Source of the DNA: Strigamia acuminata
Taxonomy: Eukaryota
Reading direction: 5' to 3'
NCBI GenBank assembly: GCA_949358305.1
Contig: OX442314.1
Span: forward strand, 6,262,001 to 6,326,000
DNA length: 64,000 bases
This document shows, piece after piece, positions 22,074 through 34,679 of the stretch. The notes below the pieces were generated by a model. It did no database searches and had not been told where the DNA came from. It worked only from the letters and a program-made list of their open reading frames with translations. The first letter of the stretch is position 1. The number at the start of each line of letters is the position of its first letter. The translations under genes and the position numbers were made by a program.

Positions 22074-22708
22074 TGTGACTGCTGGGCCACCCAAGGCTGA
22101 CCCGCTTCACTGCCGAAGTGCCATAGATGTACACGCAGTTGCACGCAGGCATCTTCCGAAATCCGAGTGACCGAAGCGTTTCGTCGAGCTTTTCGTACCA
22201 TTGCCGCAACCGAAAAGGAGGAGAAAAATACCTGGAAAAGGGACAAGGTCATCTCTTCTTTGCGGAGTGGTATGACCCAGTGAGGGAAGGAGGAAGCTGA
22301 GTGGTGTGGAGAGAAGAGAGTAGGAAAGCGACCACCGTAGAGTGAGGACACGAGGAAGAGTGCTTGGTCTCAACCAAGACAGCTTTATGTGTGAAGAAGG
22401 TCCTGAGCCAGCAGGAGCTGATGTGCTCCATGCTGACTGCTCTCCTTCCCATTCACCACTGCGACGGTCAGTATTGTGGTGATAAGCCCATTACAGCCTC
22501 CATGAGCAGTTAAATGGGTCGTACAGATAAGTACGACAGAATGATGTTTCACCCACCACGTCATACCTGGGGTTCGGTTGCCGAGTGATGGGAGTCTATA
22601 GACTAACGATTATAGACAAACAACCAACAATCTGTTATTACGTGAGTATGCGTCCCAAACCATGGTAACCTAACCCAGGCTTCCATGGCGAAGATCATAC
22701 CAGTCACA
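22074..22708 (+). repeat. LTR-like repeat, family C copy 1
   Basis: TGTGACTG...CAGTCACA termini, preceded by purine run GGGGGGGGAGATGAGA; similar to 37860-38235 (inverted) and 51897-52400. Confidence 0.7.
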
Positions 22709-22734
22709 GAAACAAGCACAATCATACATTTTAC

Positions 22735-23842
22735 CTGCAGGTTAAATTTTCCTTCAATTTCCGTAACAGGCAACTATTGTGGCATTCTCTGTATTCACTT
22801 TCACTGGAGCATAAATCCGAAGATGTATTGAGAAATATGTACTGAAATTTAAAATTAAATAAACACTGGAATAATTTAAATTTCTGAGTTTCAAACTGTA
22901 CTTTGCTGTAACTCAAACTAAATTTTGTTTTAGCCTTAAGATTTGTTCGAGCAATAAAAGTAATTTGTTTTCCAAAATCATTGGGTGACAGCACTAACTA
23001 AATATAGGAAAAAAGTAATAATAATTAGGTTTGTTTTGTTATGATGTTCTAGTTATGAACATTTACATGGTAAGAAGCTATACGGCAAACTTGATCGTCA
23101 GGTTTTTCAATATCCACTGTCAGTGATTTTCCGACAAAAGAGCTAATCGAATTCTTATCTGACCAAATAAAATTTTTATTTGCCACTTACTATTCACGAT
23201 TAATAACAACAATTTATTTACGAAATTGAAACGCTGAGCACATTCCTAAAGTGGAGTCAATTTCCTTACGGACAAAACTTTTGTTTGTAAATCCCTACGA
23301 AAAGAAACTTATAATTTCAAAACACAACTACGAATATTTCTTTTTACTTTCATGTCTACGCGAACTATCTGTTTGGCCACATTAGTCGCTTTCCAAAGTT
23401 CATCCACGTCATGAGTAGAGATATTCAACAAAGTTTTCACCATGTTTACGCATTTCAACATTCGGTCTCTAGGGTCTTTAAAGGTCTGGTGAGTTTTATT
23501 CCAAAGCCGGGCCATTTCGACTGTATTGCTACTACAGATCATCAAGTTTGGTGAAATGACATCATCTGATTGACTGGTTACATCGACCGCTTTAGGATAA
23601 CTTAAGTAATGCATTACTCTATTGTACGTCTGATAAGTGAGCATGCACGTGCAACATGAGAATAAAAGCAGCCAAAATACGTGGCAATTGCGCCAACTAA
23701 TTCTATTATTTACAAAATCATCCAAACCAATTAAATTGCATCTTGGCCGATTTGCGTCGTCTTTCATAAATTGATGAATTTTCAAGCGAAGTTTTCTCAA
23801 TCCTCGACCATTTTTCCTCATCACGTAAGTATTGCGCATCAT
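22735..23842 (-). CDS. DEG/ENaC-like gene 1, exons 1-5 only (23842-23348, 23294-23222, 23158-23067, 22997-22902, 22841-22735)
   Basis: TM1 plus YLSYP..V..PNLMIC; GT-AG exons of 73/92/96/107 nt as in gene 2; later exons not in window. Confidence 0.8.
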
Positions 23843-24123
23843 TTTTTAGGTTAAAAATGCCTCAGCTTTGTGGAAAGGAGCAGCTTGCCGTGTTTTGTCG
23901 CTAAATTCATAATCGACAAGCTTTTTTGTTTGCTCCCATAATATTTGTTCCCAAGCAACGCACTACTGCATAGAAAACTCATAAAATTATCCAAACTGCA
24001 AGAATATTGACATAAGATCCCATTGATTCACAAAGTTGAAGTTGTGTTTCAAAAATTGTTTTTAACAAAGATCTGCAAGAGAGAAATATAATGCAAGAAG
24101 CTAATAAAAACTTTCAAGTTACG

Positions 24124-24995
24124 ATTTTAAGAGATTGTCGGTGATAATAGCTTACGGTAGAGTCATAAGTAATAAATTAAACTACCATGTTTATGATTTT
24201 CCGAGAATGGTGTCACAAACGTTGGATTGCGTATGACATCACAGTAAGATGTGACTTGCTTGTTTCCATTGGTATTCGTTGCCATCATGATTTTCGTATG
24301 GTAAAGACATGTTTTATCAGTGGTAACTTCACACAAATTGAAGAAGGGAGCATTATCTGCAATAAAATTAATCGTAAATGAGTGTTTTGTGGACAATCAA
24401 CAATCTAAACATCATTGCGACTTACTGTACACAAGGCCATTATCCTCTCTACCTAAAATATATTAATTTCCATCACCATACGTCGCTGCGTATTAATACA
24501 CGCAGCGATTTTTTTAAACGAAGTAAAAAAATGTAAATAATTATTTTTAATTTGGTCGAAAACAGAGTTTAAAAAAACCAATCTATCCCAAAACATAAAA
24601 AGTGGATACATATACGCAGCGCCATTTGGTGATAAAAATGAATAGCGAGGATAATGGCGTCTTGTAGCCGTGAGTCGGAAATGATGTTTAGTTTGTTGAT
24701 TGTCGCCAAAATACTAATTTATGATTAATTTTATTCTAGATAATAATTTCTTCTTCAATTTGGGTGAGGCTACCACAGAAAAATGTCTTTGCCTATCGAA
24801 AATCAAGACGGCAGCTCGAAAATTATGATGGCTATGAAAAGCAATGGAAAGTAGCAAGTCACGTCTTATTAACGGTTGTAATAACGATGTCGTACGCAGC
24901 CCAACAACCGTGATAACATTCTCGGATCTCCATAAACATGGTATTTTTATTTATGATTTACGATTCTAAGCGATTATCACTGATAATCTTTTATA
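24124..24995. mobile_element. Foldback/MITE-like element with long imperfect inverted arms
   Basis: ~24124-24450 is an imperfect reverse complement of ~24640-24995; ends approximate. Confidence 0.7.
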
Positions 24996-25497
24996 GAATC
25001 ATGAATCAGCTTACTTGTTGTTCTCCCTTCACGGCGACCTGTGTATAACCACTTTCAGTCATACAAAACATTGAATGGGCCTATTATTATTTTTTAAATT
25101 TATTTTAAATATACTAATTCTAAAATCTGAATGGACAGATACACAAAACAGTTTTTGGATTTTGTTATCGAATTGTGTAAACAAAAATATTTTTAATCTC
25201 ATATGTAAAAATTAATTCTATATTTAATCAACATAAATTGTTTTTTTTTTTAAATTTTCATGTTTGAAATTTAATCTCATACTATAACTCAATTATTATT
25301 CTTGATTATAATTTGATATGACAAAATAAAAAAATAATTTATAAACATTAATATGTTGGGGTGCCGTTCCAACGGCGAATCGTCCAAGGGCGAATCTGGC
25401 CATTCGGACGAATGGCGAATTTCGACTTTATTCTGTCCAAAACAGTCCCAACGGCAAATTTCTCCCAATTCAGCATTGGGACTGCTTTTGGACCTTT

Positions 25498-25893
25498 CTA
25501 ATGGCGAATTGGTAAACGATTTGCCATTGGAAACGCAAAAACGTGACCAATGGCGAATATGTGTGTGCTGAATTTCGCCATTGGAAACGCAAAAACGTGA
25601 CCAATGGCGAATATGTGTGTGCTGAATTTCGCTATTGGAAAGGGTTTTGCGTTTCCAATAGCGAATATGTGTGTGCTGAATTTCGCCATTGGAAACGCAA
25701 AAACGTGACCAATGGCGAATATGTGTGTGCTGAATTTCGCTATTGGAAAGGGTTTTGCGTTTCCAATAGCGAATATGTGTGTGCTGAATTTCGCCATTGG
25801 AAACGCAAAAACGTGACCAATGGCGGATATGTGTGTGCTGAATTTCGCCATTGGAAACGCAAAAACGTGACCAATGGCGAATATGTGTGTGCT
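25498..25893. repeat. Subterminal 54-bp tandem array (~7 units), left arm
   Basis: Unit TTGGAAACGCAAAAACGTGACCAATGGCGAATATGTGTGTGCTGAATTTCGCCA. Confidence 0.93.
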
Positions 25894-28553
25894 CAGGAAC
25901 CCGAAAATTCTACAATTCATTAGTTCGAGACCAGCAGGACATGAACAGTGTTACACAACAATTTAGAACCCAAACGGACTCAGCATCGAACGGAATCACA
26001 TGTGCGAGGTCAAGTTAAACTTTCCATTCGATATCGATGCGAGTAACCTTGTATGTATATAAATATAACGCCTCACGCAGCACGTAAAACGTATTTACAC
26101 GACATTTTTACTGAAATAAAAGTTTGAAATTAAACAAAAAGCAATTTGAGGCACAAAACTGTGCATTTAAGTGCAAAAATTCATACTTTTGGCTTAAATT
26201 TTGAAACTTGTATAAACAATGCCGTGTGGGTCCAAAAAACGCTTAAATAAATGAAAAATGAATTTTAAAATGAATTTTTGTTACAGGCATCGAGTAACAG
26301 CACCGGACATTACGTTTACTTCACCAAACATAAAACGAAGATAGTACGACGGACAACGCACCCGAAATTTATGGAAGATACATATTTTTAATATTGTGTA
26401 AATTATTATGTCTATACATTAATGCTTCTTTTTGGAAAGGAGATCGAAAAAACCGTTAATAAAACTTCTGTTATTCTATATTATGGAATGGATTTTTTTG
26501 TGTTAATAAAATAAATTTTAGAAATTTTTCTAATATTTGAATTAATAATCATTTGGATTGAAATGAGCACGGTGCTTTTGTAGAAGCGCGCAAAGCATTG
26601 CGGAGTACCTGCTCTGCACGCAGGAGCAGCAAGCGGTACAGCCAATCTAGCTGCCTGATTTAACATTGTTGTCCCAAGAGCAGCAATCGGAAATGTAGAA
26701 AGCGGCGCCTAATCGCTTCAAACAACACGTTTTTGAAAAGTTTAATTCTTTTCATCACATATTGTCTATGTTATTATTCATTAAGCAGAGCCGGCTTGTG
26801 GGTCTTGCAAAAAATGTTTTTATTTTGGCAAAGTATTTTTTATCCCAAAAAGTTCATTTGTAAAGTAGATTGTCTCTAAAAAGAGTCTATTGCAGCACAT
26901 GATAATGCATTTATTTGCCTAAAAATGTCTAAAAATGCATTTATTTTCGCCAGGTCGCTTACTACGACAAGACTGAAACGTTGCAAATGAGATTGCACAA
27001 ATTTTGACAATTTTGCATTAAAATGACCCAAAAAAAATGCATTTTTACACGCAGATTGCAATTTGTCTGTCGAAAGAAACGTTTTCTAGTGGTTTCTGCA
27101 GATGATGATGTTAATCTGAGCCAGCCATTTGATCTCTCTCGTTTACAATGCTACATGAAATACGGATTGCCGAAACGGGACTCAATTTTAAGATACAATC
27201 GGACTCTCCAACCCAGCTGGGTTTTGGAACACTAAAAAAACAAAAGCCGCATTGAACTTTACAAGTGTAGGGCCATCCACGTATTTGAAATGTTTCGCAA
27301 CACCAAAATATAGTAGGCACTTGATTCAAAATTTGATCGTGAAGATGGTGATGAGGAAACTGAAGTGTTTCATTATTGAACATTGCAATTATTGCACTAG
27401 AATGCAGAGAATTCTCCGCATTCATCGAGGTTTGATAACCGATCGAATGATTTGATTTTTTGACGTTTTTGATGGATTTAAATGTGAAAAAAAGTTATTT
27501 TTGGTTGGAAAATATCGATTTGAGCTCGAATTTTGATGAATTTGTTATGAAAATGTGAATTTTTGATGGTTTTTAACACTTTTAACCGATTTACATTCTG
27601 ATTAATGTGGATACGTTTAGGAATTGTTCCATTTATGGTTTGTTTTGGCCAATCATGCGCTGTTTAGTTTCGTACTGACAATTTTGCATTAAAATAGCAC
27701 GAAAAAATGCATTTTTACACGCAGATTTCAATTTGTAAGTTTGCTTACTGTTAAAACTATTTATAGGAAAAGGCAAACTGTGTAAGATTTGTATTACTTT
27801 TCATTTTAATTTTTTTTTCTCAAATATACTTGTAGAAAGTACGATTGGGAGGACAGCAGTGCCTGCATATGGACATGATCAAGATCTATTTTGAAAACGA
27901 ATAATTATACAAAAAATATTTAATATTTTTGAGTTGTTACATTAGTGAGACGTCTGATAATATTAACTCAGAATCGTGTATTTTCTTGAATTCTCTTCGA
28001 ATTTAGGAATCTCAACCCCTTATTGGAGGCTTTGTAAACGCGCATCACAGTACTTCGTGATTCTTGTTATATATATATACATATATATATATTGGATATG
28101 GTTTTATTAGATTATTAATTAGTTCTTAATAAATATGTTTATCTCTTAAATGTCACACACTTGTGTTGGCTCAACATGTTATTTTGATCACATTCACCTA
28201 TCAAATCACATTGTCGATTGTTACGAAGTCGGATATTAATCCTTATTCACTTGTTTATTTCTTCTCTACACCTAAACTAATTTGTGGTCACATGTGCAGT
28301 GACCTCCCCTACCCCCCCTACCCCAGGCGCAAGGTCATCGCACAGACGTGAGGTCATCCTATGGCCTCACAAAAGTCTAAAAATATATTTTTTTGTTTCA
28401 TTTCTTCTGGTAGAACTTACTGCTGCTATTCTCTTGGTTATTTTCTACTTTAGTATAAAGAAATTCTTACAATTCATCCAGAATTGTATGTTAACTAAAT
28501 TTCACGTCATTATGACGTAATTGTAAACTCTGCCAACAGAATTTTTTCTTTAA

Positions 28554-29420
28554 AGATCATAGGAAAAGAAATAAAAAATTTCTCTCATAGCTTTGAAATA
28601 ACCATGTTAAATCAAAATAAATTAGGCGCATTCAATTCTAAATTACCAAATTCCGATTTCAAAAACTTGATTACAGAATCGGTTTTTAACTTTTAACGAG
28701 TTAAACAACTAAACATCTGTAATGCAGGGAAGCATTACATATTAGACTTCTAAATCCTGTCCCTCTGTCCCTAAATAAAACACCGAAATAAAAGAAGATA
28801 CAGTAATTAAATAAAAAATAAAATTTTTGGCCAAAATAGAGCAACAACAAACCAAATCCCGCCAAAATTCGATCAAAAATGATCAAATTCGCGTAAGATA
28901 GCTCAACAACAAAAATATAAAAATAAATAATACTGTAATTTGTATTAACGACAATCAAAAATCTAATAGTTTTGCATTTTCCGCTACAAAGCCGTCGCCG
29001 GTTGCTAGGAGACAGCGAGACGGCTGCACTGTAATGCGCGTTGATTCGTTCGTAAATTGGTTGTTTTTTTTTGTTTGATACATTTAATCGGAAAACTTTT
29101 TGATTTGATTTGATTTATTGAAAAGAGGAGCCAGGGCCGTTTCTACCTATGAGGCGAAGAGGCGGCCGCCAGGTGGCCATGCCGTGGTAAGTAACTTTAC
29201 CAAGGCCGCCTCTTTGCCTCATAGGTAGAAACGGCCCTGAGAGGAGCGAAAAGTGTATCTTAATTATGCGTTTTTAAGATTTTTCATTCGAAATTCGAAA
29301 GTTAGATTACATTGCATCTGCCATGCGGCTAAAAGTTATTCATTTAAAATGGGTACATAACCTTTTTTAAGGTTATTTCAAAGCTATGAGAGAAATTTTT
29401 TATTGCTCTTCCTATGACCT
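28554..29420. mobile_element. Nested non-autonomous TIR element
   Basis: ~50-bp imperfect TIRs AGATCATAGGAA..GAAATAACC / GGTTATTTC..CCTATGACCT, TAA on both flanks. Confidence 0.65.
29132..29239. mobile_element. 108-bp hAT-type MITE
   Basis: CAGGGCCGTTTCTACCTATGAGGC TIRs, perfect 8-bp TSD AGAGGAGC. Confidence 0.88.
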
Positions 29421-29680
29421 TAAAGGATTTTGAAGAGATTTGAATTTTTTTCCATCGTTTTTTGAATAAAACTCATTTTTTTGCGGTTTTTTTTAAAAAT
29501 AAAATTGAATTTTTCATCAATTTTGAATTAAATTGAGTTTTTAAAAAAATGTTTTTGAATCAAATTGAATTCTCAAAAGATTTACATGAGGCTTTGTGAT
29601 GTTATTTTGTAAATTTTTAATTTATTAATTCTTTATTAATTCTTTTAATTTTACAGCGGATATCAATATCAAATACAGAC

Positions 29681-31543
29681 ATGCAAGCCACTATCATCGA
29701 AGGATTCCGAAAGAATTCTAAGCTGTATTTAATAGATGATGGACTACTCTATAGGCGCGATTCCTCAAAGGACAATAAAGCATACCTGTCGTGCAATGAC
29801 AGAGCTTGTAGTGGAAGGGCGATTTTGCAAACAATCACAAATGAATCACTAATTTCAAAAGAACATAATTTAGCACATCTGGATGCACACGTAGATGTAG
29901 CAAACAGGCAGTTTGCAGTTGTCGTTAAAACACGTGCTGAAGAAGAACCTTCAGTTAGCTTACGCACCATTTACCATGCCGCTGGTTTAGAGATCCCTGA
30001 AGCAACGACATCATTCAGGTCTGCGGAGTCGGGAATGGCAAAGAGGCGGCGTCTGAATTTCCCAGTATTGCCTGACACTTCAGAGGAGTTAGCCCAGCTG
30101 TTACCCGAAATAATGCATGGCCAAACGATTGGAGAAGAGATTTTTTTTCGAGAGCGACTGGTTGCGGGTGATGTAGAGATGTTAGTTTTCGCAGGGCCTC
30201 GAATGGTCACTGCCGCGACGAATGCTACGCTTTACCAGATGGATGGGACATTTACAGTTGTTCCGTTACCTTATTACCAACTGTTCACCATATTCGCCAT
30301 TACGAACGGATTTGCACTGCCTGTTCTGTTTGTGCTTATGACAGGCAAGACCCAGGCTGCGTACGAGACTTTGCTACGGTATGCAAAGAGCCTTAACTTA
30401 ATGCGAGCTCAGGACCTAACCATTATCACCGACTTCGAGACAGGCTTGCTGCCAGCCATTCACCAACAGCTGCCTAATGCCCGGCACCACGGCTGCTACT
30501 TCCACTATTGCCAGGCTCTCTGGAGGAAAGTTCAAAGTCTGCGAATGATAAGAGAATACCGAACTGTGGTTGAGATCAAAAGCATCATTAAAAAAGCAAT
30601 GGCACTACCATTTCTGAAACCAGATGACATAGTCGAGGGTTACGAAATCATCCGACAAGAGTTCATCGAAACAGATCTCATAGAAGCTTACAATCGTTTG
30701 ATTTTCCTGTTCCTGGACTATGTAAACGACACGTGGATTCAGCGCGTGGGTGTTGAGCGAATTTCGGTCCACGGACAACACCGGCGTACAAACAATGCAG
30801 TGGAATCGTACCATGCTGCTCTTTATCGCCAAATCAAAACGAGCCATCCGAATTTGTGGGTTTTCTTAGATTTCATCCGACGTATCGAACATCAGGCATG
30901 CCGTGACTACGACTTGATCCATATGGGAAACTTGCCCAACCGAGATCGCCGCCTGAAGTATGCCTACACCGACCGCAGGATTCGCCGTGTAATTGCGCAG
31001 TATCGAGATAACCTGAAAACCATCCCAGAGGTGTTATCACATCTCATGAATGTCGCACCCCGGTTCGATGGCATGACGAGGGCGCAACAGCGCACCGCTA
31101 GGCGTAATGAGGTTCGTGCGAATGTTATTTTGCCAGCACCGATTCCTGTGCTCGCACCGATTGTTGTACCCGCACCGATTGTTGTACCCGCACCGATTGT
31201 TGTACCCGCACCAATGCCTGTTGCTCGGCCACGCCCAAACACGCGCGCCCGTGTGCGAGATGCAAATGTAGTACCACCTGTAGTTGCGCCACGAGATGCA
31301 AATGTAGTACCACCTGTAGTTGCTCCACGAGATGCAGACGACATGAACTGCATAATATGTCTAACTGCCAGAAAGAATGCCATTTTTCTGCCATGTGCAC
31401 ATGGCCACTGCTGCTTGCCTTGCAGTGAGCGGGTGATGCGTGGAGAATATACGGATGCCGCGGGAGTTCAGCGTGTGGGTAGAAGACCTCATTGCCCCTT
31501 CTGCCGTGGTCGCGTGGTTAGCGTGCTCAGAATTTTTCTCTAA
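29681..31543 (+). CDS. MULE transposase with N-terminal FLYWCH-like finger and C-terminal RING finger
   Basis: MDGTF, TDFE, CYFH, TNNAVESYH; CIIC..PCAH..CLPC..CPFCR at C-terminus. Confidence 0.92.
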   Translation: MQATIIEGFRKNSKLYLIDDGLLYRRDSSKDNKAYLSCNDRACSGRAILQTITNESLISKEHNLAHLDAHVDVANRQFAVVVKTRAEEEPSVSLRTIYHAAGLEIPEATTSFRSAESGMAKRRRLNFPVLPDTSEELAQLLPEIMHGQTIGEEIFFRERLVAGDVEMLVFAGPRMVTAATNATLYQMDGTFTVVPLPYYQLFTIFAITNGFALPVLFVLMTGKTQAAYETLLRYAKSLNLMRAQDLTIITDFETGLLPAIHQQLPNARHHGCYFHYCQALWRKVQSLRMIREYRTVVEIKSIIKKAMALPFLKPDDIVEGYEIIRQEFIETDLIEAYNRLIFLFLDYVNDTWIQRVGVERISVHGQHRRTNNAVESYHAALYRQIKTSHPNLWVFLDFIRRIEHQACRDYDLIHMGNLPNRDRRLKYAYTDRRIRRVIAQYRDNLKTIPEVLSHLMNVAPRFDGMTRAQQRTARRNEVRANVILPAPIPVLAPIVVPAPIVVPAPIVVPAPMPVARPRPNTRARVRDANVVPPVVAPRDANVVPPVVAPRDADDMNCIICLTARKNAIFLPCAHGHCCLPCSERVMRGEYTDAAGVQRVGRRPHCPFCRGRVVSVLRIFL

Positions 31544-32964
31544 GATGTCATTTTCTTTTTTTACATAATAAACATTATATTCCAATATTTTAAAACCGCA
31601 ATAAACAATTTAAAACTGCTAGAATTCATTCGAAATTGGAATAAAAACATGAAATTAGTGCATTATTTGCCTCTTTAACTTCCTTGACCGCAACACTCCG
31701 AAGTGCTTCAAATTTCCCACTCACTTTGTAAGCGTTTTAAATACACACTAGGCTCGTTTGAGAAAATGATTTGTCCGTGTCCTCGTTCACTTTTCGATCT
31801 GCGCGACGGTCGACAGTCGATGGCTGACGGCCGTCGGACGTCGTACGTCGACTGTCGACCGTCAACTGTCGAATGTCGTGGCCGTCAGCTGAAGACTGTC
31901 GCGTCCGTCGGATGACAACAGCTGACGGTCAATCATGCTTTATTAGTTCGTTAGTTCATTTTTAACTTTGCTAAATGTTTTTTCATTCTTGTACAGTCAC
32001 ATCTTATTATTTCATTCGGTTTTGTTCCAATCAATAAATAAATAAATACTCTTAATTTAAGAAAAAAAATTCAATATTATATTTATTCGCATTAAATTAC
32101 AATTTGTATGCAAATTAAACAATTTTGCTAGATGAGCAAAAAGACACTCAGATGTGCGATCACATACTATTTGCTATGGCGTATTGGCGAAGGAAATGCT
32201 TTTAACGACGATGGATTTAATTAAGCGTTGTTCAACAGCAAAAACAATTTTACAATGCTGGCATATGTGGATCTGTGTGGATGTTAAAGCAAATATCGTG
32301 TGTTATGTGAAAAATAGAAAATTACAGCAAATAATCCAAAATACCAGCATCCAAAAATTTTAAAAAATTAAAAAAAAAATAGCCGAAAATTATCAAAATA
32401 ACCTGAAGTAACACCAAATAACAACAAAAAAATTACCGAAAATAACAGAAAATAACAGAGAATCATCAAAAATTACCAAAAAAATAGAAAAAAAATTGAC
32501 GGTTTTAGGATTTAGTGTATTATTTTGGTGGTGATAAGTTGGCAGTAAAAACCTTAGCGGTTTGGAATGGGTGGTGGTGTTGTGCTATGCTATGCAGCTA
32601 AAACAGCTTTACATGACACTTTACAATAATTAAATGCACATATTTAAAATATTTAAAAAAAATTATAAGTACCGGTATACATTATAAATACACCATAATT
32701 TGTGATAAAAGATGTTGTAGATGTGTATGTTTTGTGATGTTAAACGACTTTTGAATGCAGCTATTGTGTACTTTTTAAAAATCTTCATAATAACCATGTT
32801 AAATCAAAATAAATTAGGCGCATTCAATTCTAAATTACAAAAATCCGATTTCAAAAACTTGATTACAGAATTGGTTTTTAACTTTGAACGAGTTAAAAAC
32901 CGATAATCAAGTTTTTGATTATCTATTTAAATTATTATTTATTTTTTAAAGACCTGAGAACCGA

Positions 32965-33245
32965 CCAAACACTGCCCGCATTTGCGCGATCGAATGCAGC
33001 CAAACATCCGCCGCATTCGATCGCCCAAATACGGCCGGTGTTTGGCTATATTCGATCGCCCAAATACGGCGGGTGTTTAGCTGTATTCGATCGCGCAAAT
33101 GCGGCGGGTGTTTGGCTGTATTCGATCGCCCAAATACGGCGAGTGTTTAGCTGTATTCGATCGCGCAAATGCGGCGGGTGTTTGGCTGTATTCGATCGCC
33201 CAAATACGGCGGATGTTTAGCTGTATTCGATCGCGAAAATGCGGC
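32965..33245. repeat. 35-bp tandem repeat (~6 units) with one inverted unit
   Basis: Unit GTGTTTGGCTGTATTCGATCGCCCAAATACGGCGG. Confidence 0.88.
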
Positions 33246-33526
33246 ATGTGTAAAAATCGATTGGTACTGTTGCGGATCAGCTAGCAATACGTTCTTGTAG
33301 CCTACCAATGTTAGGCCAATATTGGCTTTAGCACTGTGACATCCGGTCACCTCTCGCCTGGCATCACGTCCACAGTTCGTTTGCTTTAGGGAATCACGTC
33401 CACTCAACGTTCTGTTTAATTCGTCTTATTTAAACAGCAGAACTTCCTAAATAAATCAGTCGACCAGTTTAAACAAACCAAGCAAACCAAGCACTTTAAA
33501 TACACACTCGGCTCGTTCAATTTCAA

Positions 33527-34250
33527 TTCGCCATTGGAAACGCAAAACCCTTTTCAATGGCGAAATTCAGCACACACATATTCGCCATTGGTCACGTTTT
33601 TGCGTTTCCAACGGCGAAATTCAGCACACACATATTTGCCATTGGTCACGTTTTTGCGTTTCCAATGGCGAAATTCAGCACACACATATTCGCCATTGGT
33701 CACGTTTTTGCGTTTCCAATGGCGAAATTCAGCACACACATATTCGCCATTGGTCACGTTTTTGCGTTTCCAATGGCGAAATTCAGCACACACATATTCG
33801 CCATTGGTCACGTTTTTGCGTTTCCAACGGCGAAATTCAGCACACACATATTTGCCATTGGTCACGTTTTTGCGTTTCCAATGGCGAAATTCAGCACACA
33901 CATATTCGCCATTGGTCACGTTTTTGCGTTTCCAATGGCGAAATTCAGCACACACATATTCGCCATTGGTCACGTTTTTGCGTTTCCAATGGCGAAATTC
34001 AGCACACACATATTCGCCATTGGTCACGTTTTTGCGTTTCCAATGGCGAATTTCAACATGCACATATTCGCCATTGGAAGCGTAAAAACGTTCCCAATGG
34101 CGAATTTTACATTAAAAACAAATCTCCCACATTCGCCCTTGGAAACAGAAAATATCTTTCCAATGGCGAATGTGGGAAATAAAACATTCCTGCACTCAAA
34201 AAACGTTTCCAATGGCGAATTTAATAAAATTTGCCATTGGAAACGTCAAA
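33527..34250. repeat. Subterminal 54-bp tandem array (~9 clean units plus degenerate ones), right arm, inverted
   Basis: Reverse complement of the left-arm unit. Confidence 0.93.
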
Positions 34251-34679
34251 ATAGGTTTCTAAAGGCGAATTTCCAAAATTCGCCCTTAGACGATTCGCCG
34301 TTGGAACAGGTACCCAATATGTTCATTCAATGTATCAGTATGAAATGATAGAAACGTGTAAAGTAGTTGAATACAGGTTACACACACCAAAATAAGTCCT
34401 TGGAAGTTTAGTCAATTTACTATATTGAACGTAACTTTAGCTTTCTACATCGATGTGACATTACAGTATATCAATACACATTCACCTTTGGTAATTTTAT
34501 GACTTTTTTAGAACATTAACATGTTTCTAGGGAATAAACTGCAAGTAAACAAAAGCTTGTCGATTATTAACTTGGCAACAAATAAACAACAAGTTGTCTT
34601 TCTTTTCACTAGCAAACAAACGGCTCTCTAACTTACCTCTTATTAGATAAGGACAAGTTTGATTTGAATAACAAAAATC

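Larger units (their letters stand above)
25359..34315 (+). mobile_element. Mutator (MULE/Phantom-like) DNA transposon with foldback-type ends
   Basis: TIRs GGGT(GCC/ACCT)GTTCCAACGGCGAATCGTC(C/T)AAGGGCGAAT; flanks AATATGTTG / AATATGTTC (8 of 9, TSD-like); inverted subterminal arrays; MULE transposase inside. Confidence 0.88.

Noticed and set aside
21889..22724. 13-bp direct repeat ACAAGCACAATCA as a TSD
   Set aside because: Not flush with element ends and too long for an LTR element
25498..25893. CRISPR-like appearance of the palindromic repeats
   Set aside because: No unique spacers, no cas genes, eukaryotic context; they are transposon subterminal arrays
27111..27425. Possible accessory gene of the MULE (104 aa, minus strand)
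   Set aside because: No recognisable homology or exon support; cannot be excluded
33534..34348. ORFs with 18-aa repeats (also 25498-25923)
   Set aside because: Translation of a stop-free 54-bp repeat, open in several frames on both strands
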